Shown: positions 28,831 through 40,898 of the stretch, one piece after another
Position numbering within the stretch: position 1 is the stretch's first letter
Layout of the letters: each line of letters begins with the position of its first letter
DNA from: Lobosporangium transversale
Lineage: Eukaryota
Length of the DNA: 64,000 nucleotides
Direction of reading: 5' to 3'
Assembly: GCF_002105155.1 (NCBI RefSeq)
Contig: NW_019028979.1
Span: forward strand, 1,054,001 to 1,118,000
The notes under the pieces: generated by a model
What the model was told of the DNA's origin: nothing
The model's input: the letters and a program-made list of their open reading frames with translations, nothing else
Databases searched by the model: none
Made by a program: the position numbers and the translations under genes

Positions 28831-31800
28831 ATGAAGCCAACATTTGCTGCTGCGACAGCCGCAGTTGAACCTTCTTCCCAACATTATGACCACTATTATT
28901 CTTCCACATCCTCTTCAACTCCCAGAGCATTTTCTCCAGAGCGGAGTTACAGCCAACGTCCTCATCAATACTCGTCATCATCTTCTTCTACAGCCTTTTC
29001 CTCCTCTTCGTCTTTTTACACCCGTCACCATCCCGCAGACGATCAACATTATAGTCAGCATCGGCACCAATCAGGCGGCTATCGCCAGCATTCATCAGAG
29101 TACACTGAAGATTCACGCAGTCACCCTCACCACTCGCATCGGTATGCAGATTCATCACAGTCCTCACATTCTGAACCCCAGCCCCATAGCTCCTATTCTC
29201 CGCGCCCAACTGGTGCCCAACATGCATATCATCAGTATACACAAAACTACCATGCTTCCGGACAAAATGCCAAACACACTGAGGGATATGAGGGTAAAGT
29301 GCGTAACACAACCCGAGACAACAACGACCATTTAGTAACAGATTCATCTGCCAGGGACCAGCAACATCACCATGATCAGTATGATCGTGATCCTACTTAT
29401 GGTTATTTGAAAGCACATTCACCGCGTTCACCATATTCTCCAGCAGATGAGAGTCCTCCCTCATTAAAATATAATTTACCACCTATCGAGGTGCCAGAAG
29501 AACCCTTCTACCGCAGTGATCTTCCTGGTCGCCACATGCGCTATTTTAGCAATGTGACCAGCCAGGACCGCGAGAACAGTGATGGTTACTTTTCTTCAGC
29601 TCGACATGTTGCGCCAAGCAACACGACCGGTAATTTTGGTCACGGGCCATCCATTAGCCAGTCGTTGGAACGATTCGAGAATACTCGACAACGGCAATGG
29701 CTTCAGCAGCAGCGTCAGCAAGAGCAACACGAGCAACAAGAACAGCAGCCTCAAGGTGCTCGCTTACCCTCCCTCTATACTGCATTGCCTGAGCAACGGC
29801 CAAGTGGTAGTTCATCTTCGATGACACAAAGGTATGAGCCACAACAACCACAGTCGCTGGCTCGTGCACGCTCGCCTACACGTCCTATATTAGAACATCG
29901 TCATGGATCAGATCATCCTTACCAAGAATTCTCTCAGCAAAGTCAGCAGTCGTCGCAGCCATCAGGTCAAATGAACAAGGTCAAGCCACTCCAGCCACGT
30001 TCAATCGCACCAGCACCTACTTCCTCAATTCATCACAAACCTCTCGCTTCTCCAACTACAACAACCTTTGCTCAAAGAAAGGCAGCAGTTGTCCATTCTT
30101 CTGCTCGACATAGTATGATGAAGATTGAACCCAAAGATTTAGACTTCATTGCACCCTATCATCATGTACAGCACTATCGACAGCATCAGGAACAGTACCA
30201 GTCATCAGCATCAAGTGAAACACGGCACGATATCAAACGCAAGTGGGATCGGGATCATTCTCCCATCCGTACTGACACACGCTTGAAGCCATCCCTCGAG
30301 CCAGTCCAGCAGCTGACTGAGACAGCCTCTCAAGAACTACATCTCCTTTCGCACCGTTCAATTCCTTCTATACAAGCTCAATTACGTGCATCGGTCCAGA
30401 AGAAGAACATCATCAACGATAACCAGCAACAGTCTATGCGAACAAAAATACAGCGCTATCAGATGACAACAATCCGATGCTGGCATGGTGCCATCGCTCA
30501 AAAGTCATATGGCATCGAGAAGCGATACCTCTGTCCCCCGCCCATGGTTCAAGTGTCTGCAGGCGTGAATACAAAGCTTATTCGTGATGAACAGCCTCAT
30601 GTGATCATGTCTATCTTACATGAGAAGCTGAATGGTGGTCCTGGACGCCAGGCCCAGAGCGGTAGCGAGAACTTAATGGAGCAGGATTGTGCCCTTGACG
30701 ATCGCCTCAAGTGCTCGTTTAGAAACCTTCATGTAACAGGCACTGGCTCAGATAGCTCCAAACGATTCAAGCTTGGTCTGCAAGTCTTTTTGAACAAAAA
30801 CTCGGCCATCCCGACAGCCATTATGGACTCGAACCCAATTCCAATTATCTCTAAACCATCCAAGAAGACCGCTAAGGCTGGTAATGCCTCTTGTTTCATT
30901 TTGAATGGAATGAGCGTCTCTCTTCTAAATCGTATCAACGCCCAAACAGTGCGAACAAAATACATGGCAGTTGATAACAACGCAGTCTGTGCTAAGATTG
31001 GTTCTTGGTCTTCTTTTACGATTAAGATGGTGAAGCCTCCTCCAGCACCTCCAGTCAAACTGACCACAACTAATAATGTTAACGTATTCCGGACCCCTAA
31101 TCACTCGACCAAGTATGTACCAATCCGCATGAAGGGCGATGGTGGTCAGCCCGTTGGTATAGCAAGGCAGCCAGAGCAGACCGCCACATCATACCACCAG
31201 CAGCAACAACATGGTCCATACCGCCATCAGCAGCAACCACATTCGTCGCAGTCGCACATAGGTTATCATCAACAGCAGCAACAGCGACATCAGCAACAAC
31301 AACAGCAACAGCAGCAGCAGCAGCAGCAACAAGACCAGCAGCAAGAGTCCAATTACGTTTTCTCCAATTCTGAACCAGTGCTTTATGGCTCAGAGATTGT
31401 TCTCATCAACGATTTGACTGGGATCGCAACGGACCGCTTAATCATCCGCAAGGTCGAGAACGGCAAGGTGATTCGCAATGGAAGCGGACCTGTTAGCCAG
31501 ATGCAAAAGATTGTATTGCAGCATCCGGACCGTGTCCATTTAGAAGATGGTCGTCCTTATTATCTCAGCGCATCTTCTATTGGTAGCCCCAAAATCGAAG
31601 GCAAGATTCCACTGCAAGCCGCTATGGATCGCAGTCCTTTACTTGAGTATAGGACGTCGTCCAAGAAGGCTTCTATTTTGGATTTGACAGAGATTTCCGA
31701 GGAAAATGAAGACGAATACTATACAGATGAGAGCTACCATGGTAGACATGGCCAGGCATCTAGACGCGTTTCAAAGGGAAATGAGAATGTCTCAGTCGAT

Positions 31801-32782
31801 GACTTTGTCTGTTGGACCATCGCTGGTATTGGTAAGATAACTTACTAACTTGCTCTACACCTTTTTTTTTTTTTTTTTTCTCTTTCAGAGGTGTTTTCTG
31901 CCCATGTTGCTGGCCTTTGAATTAACGATTATCTCCGCATTTATAATAGCCAAATTTGACTACACTTATTTCGGGCCAATCCCACTATCAAACGACAATG
32001 AGGTGAATCCTCATAAGATACCTCAGGTACTTTCGCACCCACGCTACAACAGCCAGTCCAATACGCTGATGATGAAGGTCAAGAACGTGTTCGAGAGGCT
32101 TTCAGCGGCTGATGAGGAGGCCCGTCTTCGATCCACGTATATTGATGACCCTTATGAACGTAAAATGAGTCTCTCTGAGTTTGTGTACCGGCGATGCGAA
32201 GATGTGAGGCAGCCTATGGAGGATGAAGAAGGCCCTATTCAACTCTGGTTGGCGCAGCATGGCCCTATCCGTATGAGACGTCGTCTATTGAAGGATGTAC
32301 TTCCCTCAGGATCTGAGGAAACAGAAAATGGGGCTAGTCAACAGGATCAAAATGATAATGATGAGGATGATGCCTCTGACCTCGAGGCTGAAGTCGAAGC
32401 CAAGCAGCAACAGCAACAACAACAGCAGCAAATGGAAGACAAACTGCCCAAAATCCCAACAAAGCCCAACGCAGCGTACAGTCATCAGCAACTAAAGCAT
32501 CAACAGCAGTTAAAACAGCAACAACAAATGCAAACTCAACAACAACAGCAGCAATCTGCCAAGCGTGCTAAGATACTCAGACGCCCAATGGGTTTGGAGG
32601 CAGAGCTGCCTTATGGCTGTGAAGTACGTGCTGCTATTGACAGTGAAGGCAATGCGCATGCAGAAATGGACCTTTTGATGGTGGAGCGTGCTTCGGGTAT
32701 TGCTTACCCAACTGGCTACAAGGTTGTATACTCGCGTAGCAATGAAAGCACCGAGTGGACTGTTGAAGTTGTCATAGCCTAA
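28831..32782 (+). CDS. Fungal CSL (CBF1/Su(H)/LAG-1) family transcription factor, Cbf11/Cbf12-like, with long low-complexity N-terminus and polyQ tracts
   Basis: Exons 28831-31831 and 31950-32782. LAG1 DNA-binding motifs AQKSYGIEKRYLCPPP and IPIISKPSKK; beta-trefoil motifs VSLLNRINAQTVRTKY, PVLYGSEIVL, LIIRKVE, GPVSQMQKI and CWTIAGI. Confidence 0.93.
31195..31345 (+). repeat. CAG/CAA (polyQ/His-Gln) coding repeat inside the CSL gene
   Basis: Runs such as cagcaacaacaacagcaacagcagcagcagcagcagcaacaa at about 31291-31332. Further Q tracts lie at about 32404-32430 and 32515-32553. Confidence 0.9.
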
Positions 32783-33366
32783 AAAAGCAAGTCAGGTCAT
32801 TGATCTGTTTGTTGCTTTTCTTTCTGTAACACTATAAGTTATATGTATAATAAATCAGTCCTTTTATTGTAATAACTCGAACTATCTCTGCATAAGGATC
32901 CTTAGAACTAGTCATAGCCACCATAGCTATGTTGATGCTACTAATACTACTGGTACAGCTTCCAATAACAATTCTAGAATTGACACCAGTAGTTTCTATT
33001 TTGATTCCTTCCAAAGGGTTAAAGGTACTATAGCAGGTGCTGGAAAAGCTTGGTACTAATGTGGACATGACTCCCTCATAAATACGACCTGTAATAATTA
33101 CGCCGTGCTCCTGCATCCCCGATCAACTTTCAGCCATCAATAGATATATAGCTAGGGGTTCCGCAGCCTTGAAGTTGAAATATAATCACAGGCCGGGAGT
33201 ATCGCAATGAAGGCATGGTAACCTGAAGAAGATGGAAGTGGATATATTTTAGGATCAAGATCGTCATGTTGTCTGTATGTTGGGAATATAATGAGGGGAT
33301 GATTGAGTCCTTGCAGATCAGCCTTGATGGCAACGCTTCCTGCTCAAACTGCTGGAGTTTTCGATG

Positions 33367-33401
<35 letters not shown>

Positions 33402-34128
33402 CTGAATAATAAGATCGCGCCGTGTCTCGTGCTTTTATATATTTATTTTTGCTTACGTCCTGCATTACGGGAACATGTACATGTGAGGGCTTGGTAGGGA
33501 AACATGTTTTTAGCCTGCGGAAGAGACACCTCCCAATGGGAGCACGATGGCTTGTCACACCATCTACTCAAGTCGGTTGAGTATGGTAAGCGTGGCCATC
33601 ACTAATCTTCACCTTCCAGTGTGGGAACCCTTAGTAAACAATTAATGCAGCATACAGATATTTACAGAGGGATACCAAAAATAATAATCTCAATCTGAAT
33701 AATGATGTGGTGTTCCTTGGTCCTTCGATACCAAAGGTTGTGTGATAGTTGATCTAATGCCGCTTGCTTTGGAAGAACAAAGACAAATGAGTCCTATGCT
33801 AATTTTTCTGTTCGTTTGCTACGTAGCGCCACCAATCTCATGTTTTTGTGTAACCAGTAAACCAGTCCTTCCATCCAGAGCGATTTTTTGCAATCATACA
33901 AACAGTGGTCAATCATCAGTATTGCGTTGACCGCAAAGGAAGGAAAGAAAAAGAAAGAAAAGAGGTTTAAACAAATATCATCATCAATAAGACTGTAAGA
34001 GCCCTGATACATTTTTTCCACAGCTCGAACCCGTAGTCAATTGCGGAAGGGTTTTGAGCTCGATAGCCTTGAAAACGCATAGAAGCGGCGTCAGTTATGA
34101 CTAAGCAAGCGAGCTTCTTGACGTGTAA

Positions 34129-35211
34129 AGACGATCTTTCACAACCACACAAAGCTCCCAAGAGAATACCGACATCCTTGCCAATCCAGAAGTGTCTTAC
34201 TGCCTTCTCTACTGGCGAATGGCTTCTGTTGGCGCTACTCCAAGAGATCTTTTGGCGTATGGAAAGGTCAAGTGGACTAATCAAACAACTGAGGTGAGCA
34301 TCCAATCCATCCAAACCGTGTTCAATTAACGGAAGCTTACACTTGTACACGCACTTCTTTTCTACGTGACATTAACCTTAGCTATGTATTTCTTTTTTTT
34401 TCTTTTTTTTTTTTTTTTTTTTTTTGTATCGGAAGTTTGAGGAATGGGAGAGTCCAAGAAAAGCTCGACCCCCTTCAGGGTCATGCCTGTCTTGAATATC
34501 ATCGCTCCTGACGGAAAGGTAAAGCATTATAAGTATAAATAAGAAATATGCATATAAACAAAATATTTAATAAGCTTCGTGTCTTTTCTATTAAACAGGA
34601 GAACTTTATTGCAGAGTCTATCGTGATCGACCACTACCTTGCAAAAAAGTTTGGACTGTTGGGGGACAACGAGTGGGAAGAGTTCACGATCAAGAGCCTG
34701 TACAACAATATTCATTATCTTCGTGAGCGCTCGCTCATGAGAATGACATGAACATATCCAGACAAGCGCAGACAGGGATTGGACACTTTCCTCAAGCAGG
34801 TGCTGCCTGAATTTATTGATGACCATGAGTTTCATCTAGAGGCTAGTGGATCAACGGCAATAAGGTAACCGTTAAAGATAGCTTCTTTATGATAACACTT
34901 TTTTTTTTTTTTTTTTTTTTTGTTCAAACTGATTAATCATCCCTTTTGTAAACTAAAAGCTCTCACTTGCAGATATCCATCTGGCCAATGTTATCGATCA
35001 CTTTTCGCACCTTCCTGTCGCTAAAGGAATTATGGCACAGTTCCAAAATAGCGAACTGTTGTGGAGGGTCAAGGAGAGTGTCGAACGAGGCCCTAACATT
35101 GCGGCATGGAGGGCCACGGATGAGTTCAAGACTTTTGCTCAAGGATCCATCGACATTTACGCTCGCTCTGCTCCTCCAATCGAAGAAGATGCCACGACTA
35201 AAGAGGCTTAG
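34129..35211 (+). pseudogene. Glutathione S-transferase pseudogene with introns retained
   Basis: Exons ~34129-34293, 34436-34518, 34599-34864 and 34960-35211 read SYCLLYWRMASVGATPRDLLAYGKVKW|..TPFRVMPVL..DGK|ENFIAESIVIDHYLAKKFGLLG..|LSLADIHLANVIDH. Lesions: no start codon (TAA 34126), 2 extra nt in exon 2, in-frame TGA at 34749-34751, and a frameshifting deletion at the end of exon 3. Confidence 0.88.
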
Positions 35212-35374
35212 AAAACCAAAGTATGTCTACCTACCTTCCTGCCTTCCTGTCTCTCTTAGAGAATGCAGTTGTGTAAATGAGACCATAGTTTATTGAATGA
35301 ACGAATAAGCAACATTTGTACATTACCTGGTCAACATCATTTAATAAGAATACACGAATAAAATGTTACTTCTT

Positions 35375-36060
35375 ACAGAAGCTCTCGTAGATATCTCTTC
35401 GTACGGTCTATTCATAATGATGCCCACTCTCACAACTGAGTCATCTTACACATCAAAACCACATCCTGGGTAGTGCCAAGACGGTGAACGATCACAATGG
35501 TCGCTCGATTGATATGTGTCTTATATAGCACCTCCTACATCAATATCTCGGATTTATAATCTAAAAGCTAAAGCATAAGTCTTGCTCGATAACAATAACT
35601 TGGAATTCTGTCCGCCAGATAACTGTGAACACTTGTCATAAACATGTTTTTCATACTTGTTTGCGGATAATATCATTCATAAAATTATGGGTGTTAGCAG
35701 CCTAAACTGCTTTGACAACTTGCTCACGAACCACAGCCTGATCATCTGTAATTTTGTGGCGAAAACTATCCCCATTCGAGACATCGAGCAGGACAAATCT
35801 GATTCACAAAAGTCATATGGAAGCACAGTTAGACGTAACCTTACTAAGAGAAGCCTGAACGACCCTCTCATACTTTATAACCAAAGCAGATATAGCCTCG
35901 TCTAACAACAAAGTCTGAGGATCTTTAATCAATTTGCGAGCAATACTAGTAGCAATACCTTGCTTATGGGCGTCAGATAACAAAGCTCCTTTCTCTTCAA
36001 CCATGGCGTCGTACCCATTTGGCAGACTAGCTAGATAGGTAACAGGCAGCCTCAATCCCT
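35375..36060 (-). pseudogene. Heavily degraded ABCB/MDR-type ABC transporter NBD relic
   Basis: LPNGYDAMVEEKGALLSDAHKQGIA..IARKLIKDPQTLLLDEAISAL..ERVVQASL matches the signature and Walker B region (consensus LPxGYDTxVGEKGxxLSGGQKQRIAIARALxxxPxILLLDEATSALD). A second fragment shows AANTHNFM, RATIVIVHRLGTTQD (H-loop) and ESGHHYE. Many stops. Confidence 0.8.
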
Positions 36061-36800
36061 TCGCTGCTGATCTTTATAAGTATCGAGAGTATGCTTTGTT
36101 CAATAATGGCGTTAATCCGAATAACATCCAGTGTAACCAAGCCATCCGAAATAATTATTTGTATTTATATTATATGCTCTGCCAAATAAACAATAGTGGA
36201 CCTACTGTCCGACCGGGATTAATACCAACATTTATCATTTAAATAAGGATATCAGAGCGGCTCGAATCGTGGGCAGACGCAGAGAATCCTAAGAAATTCA
36301 GGAGGCAACAAGTCCCGTATATGTTATGGTGCACATATGACTACACAAACATTACCTGAATGTAAACTGACAACAAAGTTGTTAATAAAGACAAACACAC
36401 GAACGAAGGCGGTGTGTGTGCGACAATTTTATCCATTCTCCTTTTTTGACGAATATGACTATTTCTGGTAGTCATTTTTGTTGTGGAAGCTTTATCTCCA
36501 TTTAAAAAATTACCAGCAGGCCCGACATTCCCTCATTTAAATATCTCTTTTTTCTTTTTTTTAAAAAAGCCGCCAACTATTGGGCATAACTCACTCACCC
36601 TATTTTCTTATCAAGGCTCTAATAACAATCATGCAAAACTTCAAAGAGCGGTTACGGGATAGATCGTGCTGAATGGTTTCAAAATAAGATAGGATTTATA
36701 ACTTTACAAAATAGTAGGAATCAAGGATTATACAGAAAATAAAAGAAGTGTACTTAAAAAGGAAATATAGACGGACAAAAGTTTTTAAACTATACTTTCT

Positions 36801-37478
36801 CTAGCACTGCATAGTTTGGCTATCAAACAACAAGGTATTAACCTTCTCAACGCTCTTGCGGCATTCATATCCGTCCTTAGACTGATGCTGATTATCTTGT
36901 TGTTGATGCTGTGCTTGCTGTTGCTCTTGCTGCTGCTTTTGTCGATGTTGTTGTCCTTGCTGTGGGGTGGATGATGCATCCACATGATGATCGTTTACAA
37001 AAAAGGGCAGGCTTCCACCGTGATGATCAACATCCTCTGTCAGGGTCGACATGAACGAGTCGTGGGATGCTGTCGATCCATCTGGAGAATATCCAGAAGG
37101 TGTATCACACTGTGTTTGTGCATCTTGGCGTGTACTGCCAGACATGCTAGATTCTCCATTATTATTGGGTCCATCGTCTGAGAGCGATCCTTCCATATCC
37201 ATGTCATCAGATGAAATTGCTGGTGGGGAAGGAGGATCCGCTGTATCATCTTCCATCATGGCATGCTGCTGTGGCGGTTGCGACTGTGAAGAAATAACTC
37301 GAGGCTGTTGGCCAGCAACTGGTTGAGTCTGTTGCGAAGCAGGTGTAGGGACAAGAGTGGATTCAAGGGCAGCTTGCATCAGATTAAGCGCATGAGAAGC
37401 GGTGAACGTATGAGAGGAGCCTTCGAAATCACCTGTAGTCTGGGTCATTGGGACAGAAGTTTGTACAGATTGATGGAT

Positions 37479-37514
<36 letters not shown>

Positions 37515-40500
37515 TTGCTGTGGTAGTAATGATTGTGTCTGCTGAATGGCTGTCTGTTGAACAGTATGCTGGTGCTGAAGCAAATGAGAACCTGCTTGTT
37601 GCATCAGATCGTACCCCGTACCAACTGTCGAATCAGCATGAAGATTACCCAACTGCAGTGGATCTGTATTAAATGAACCCAATCCGGTAGAACCATCGAC
37701 CTGAAACATCATTGAGTCAATGGGTGCAAGTCGAAGGGCTTCAGGTAGTTCCAGAGGATTGGCAAAGAATTGCTGGTCTTGCTGAGGATCTGTGCCACCA
37801 AATGCAATAGCAGCCATTGCCACTGCTGTCGCAATATGGCTCTGCCACATGGAACTGAGTTTGGTGGAGCTTTGATCCTTACCCTCGGGCAAAGGCATCG
37901 AAAAGTTTCCATAAGGATGACGAAGTTGAATCGAGGGCGCAGGTCCTGGTCCATCTTTAGCAAGTTTGGCCAACCTAGCAGCTTCATAAATATTTCCAAT
38001 TGACGTTGCCTGGAGTTGCGTCATGTCGATGAACGGAGCTACGAACGTCGAAATATCGATGAAAGAAGCTGCCATTTCTGTCGGAACAGAACTCGTTTGG
38101 CTAGCAAAGACATCCAAAGCGACAGCAATCAATGATTCTGCCACAGGGAAAGTCTTAACCAACTCGTGAGCAGCCTTGACAGTCTTGGAGAGCCCAGCAC
38201 GTGTCGTCTCACGGTTACTTGGTGTGGGAGTGATAGCATTATGGACATGAACTGTGCCTGCAGCCAAGAGACAGGCCATGCCATAGTAGCAAGTATCACG
38301 GAGTTGTCCATGGAGCATCAGTGAGTCCGCAATATGACAGACATTGGTGGCAGCAGCGGTACAAATATTCCTGGAAGACACTAGAAAGTTAGGATCAATG
38401 GCAGCAGAGTTGACAGGGCGGAGATAAGGGCGATGCAGCATCGTAAGAGTAGTGTAGTAGAACATGTGCATCAAGGCAGTTGGTGGTGAAGGTGGGTGAT
38501 TCGAATTAGGCGACATGGTGTATGGTGTGTACATGAGTTCATTAGGGAGTGAAAGGAACCACGACGTCAGACTGTTGTGCAGCTGAGGGAGTTGTGTCCG
38601 AGAGATGTCAGCCAAGAATGCGCCATTGATCTCGGCTTCGATGCAGTGCATTGTATTAAGGACATTGCCCATCTGCATAAACAACTTAACAGCCCATAAC
38701 AATCGGCAAGAGATAATCCTCTCGGGCTCATATGGATATTCGACTGCATCGTCGCCACCAAGCTCAGAAATCCAGTCATCTGATGGCATCTGAACATTAT
38801 ATTCCTTGTCGCGCAAATTTAATGGTCGTCCAAGGATTCCTCCTCCAAGTCGGTCTGCAATGTAGACAGCCCACCAAACTCTCTTCCTGATTTCAGCTTC
38901 TTCGGGTTCGTTCACTTGGACGTCTTGGCGATGTAGACCAATATCCTATTGAGCAACAAAGCGTTTCATACATATGACTGTTAGTGACGATCAAAACATT
39001 AACTCGGAATAATGGCACAATACCTCTATCAATTATTGAGTGGCTTACATGAGCAATGCGTGTGGCCATTCCAGTGTAAAGCCAGCCACCTGAGTAGTTA
39101 CCAACGGCGTACTGATGATGAGACATCAGCAACAACGCCTGTACAGTACTGATATGAGAGACATGGTACGTCTCGTCCAGAATAATCTTGGCTCGATTGA
39201 AGTATTTTGTAGAATCCTGTTTGATTAGCGGGTCGTCTGAGTACCAGCAAGCATTGCAAAATATGGCGTTGAGAATCAAGATTTGTGAGAGATCTGGCCG
39301 CTTCTCTTCGTACTGCCGCATAAACGACTTGCGAATGAACATGGGTGCAAATGGATACATGTAACGGAAGAACAAACTGAGCAGATTGTCCATCTCTGCC
39401 TTGGAGGGAAGTTCACGCTCGCTAGTCATTTGAAGCGAGTGGGACCATAAATCACTGTCATTCAAATGAGCCATAGGCAGAGGATCTAATTGTCGTCAGT
39501 AGAAAACAATTGGTTATTGTTGCTATTTGTTAACACAATTGATCATCTAATTATACTTAGTTAAAATACGTACAGACGCCTTTGCGGTAACGAGAGCTGA
39601 GCTGACATACGTAGAACCCGGAACTACTGCCGTGGAAACTATGATAGAGCAAGCAGACCAAGGAGAAGAGTAAATAGAGTTAGTAAAAAATAAAAATAAA
39701 TAATAGAATCCACCTGTGATTCAACTCTGTTGTCAGATTTGTTTGATTGGGATGTGCGGCAGACAGAGAAGGCAAATCCAGCGTGCAAGCATGTTTGCCC
39801 ACTGGAGACTTTTACTGCTGTGAGATAGCACACATCTTCCTTTTTGCCCAAAGGTAAAGTGGAGAATATTATGTGGTCTTCACAAGACATGCGATGCGAA
39901 ATGCGATACGGGAAAAAGACTCTTTGTGATGTATGATTTTAGTTTAAAAAACCAAATAAAGCTGATGCGTTCTTAAGTGTCACTTACTGCTGACCATGTC
40001 CGTCCAAGCTCATTGTGCTCACAACAGATTTGAAATCCTCCCCTTTATTAGTCCCACATGAAGAGCCCCCAATGGAAGATGTCGAATCTTGTGGGTCAAG
40101 AAGTGATGAAGGTGAACCCGGGTCACTATCCCGATCAGGTCGTGAATCTCTTCGCTTTGCCTTGGGTTTTGTGGACCCCTGATCTTTCGAGACTCGCTTT
40201 TTGTTCATATTGTTGGATAAAGTAGGTTGGCTTGGATTAGAGGTAGAGTAAGAGTTGGAAGAAGACGGTGATGATGAGGAATGAGGATCCATTGTATTGA
40301 CTTCTGATCCAGGTTTAAATGACGATGTTGATTTTCTTGAAGTTGACGAAGAGTGCTTTTGATGCTTCGTAGTTATATCTGTGGATGGTTGATAGGGAAT
40401 GTTGTTGTAACTGGTTTGGCTTGTATAACTGTAGGAATAAGCAGGCGATGGACTTGGACTGAGACTAGAGAAACTTGTTGCGCTACTAGCAGACATTCTT

Positions 40501-40898
40501 CGATCAGATTGATAGTCCATCGAGTCTCTATGTTCCGTCATCTCATCGCCAGAGAAGGAGGAAGTCGATGATATGGAGCTGCGATCATGTTGATGTTGAT
40601 GATAGGATGAGGGATGGGTACCGTTATTGTTATGACTGTTCTTAGAACGGTGGTATTGTTGCTGTGAATGGTCAAGTGAGGTGGAGGATGTGGATTGGGA
40701 AGGGCGAGGTTGCTTAGCGTAGAGACTTGAGGGACTGTTTGTCTTGAGGAATAAGGCCTCGTCAACAACACATTCAAGATTATGGGTGACACATCGAGCG
40801 CAGTTTGGCGTGCCAGTACACCTGAGCTTCTTGCGACGGCAGTTTGTGCAGGCTGTGCCGGCTTTGAGTCGCTTTTGACGGACAACTGGAGCTTCCAT
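36801..40898 (-). CDS. Zn2Cys6 (GAL4-type) transcription factor with Fungal_trans middle homology region, about 1185 aa, 4 exons
   Basis: Exons 40898-39988, 39638-39574, 39485-39049 and 38945-36801. ACTNCRRKKLRCTGTPNCARCVTHNLEC (CX2CX6CX5CX2CX6C), HFHGSSSG, STVQALLLM, GWLYTGMATRIAH|DIGLHR, RKRVWWAVYIADR and LHRPYL; Q-rich C-terminus. Confidence 0.95.

Noticed and set aside
32832..33333. Two minus-strand ORFs convergent on the CSL gene
   Set aside because: No recognisable motifs. Possibly a degraded fragment, but not assignable.
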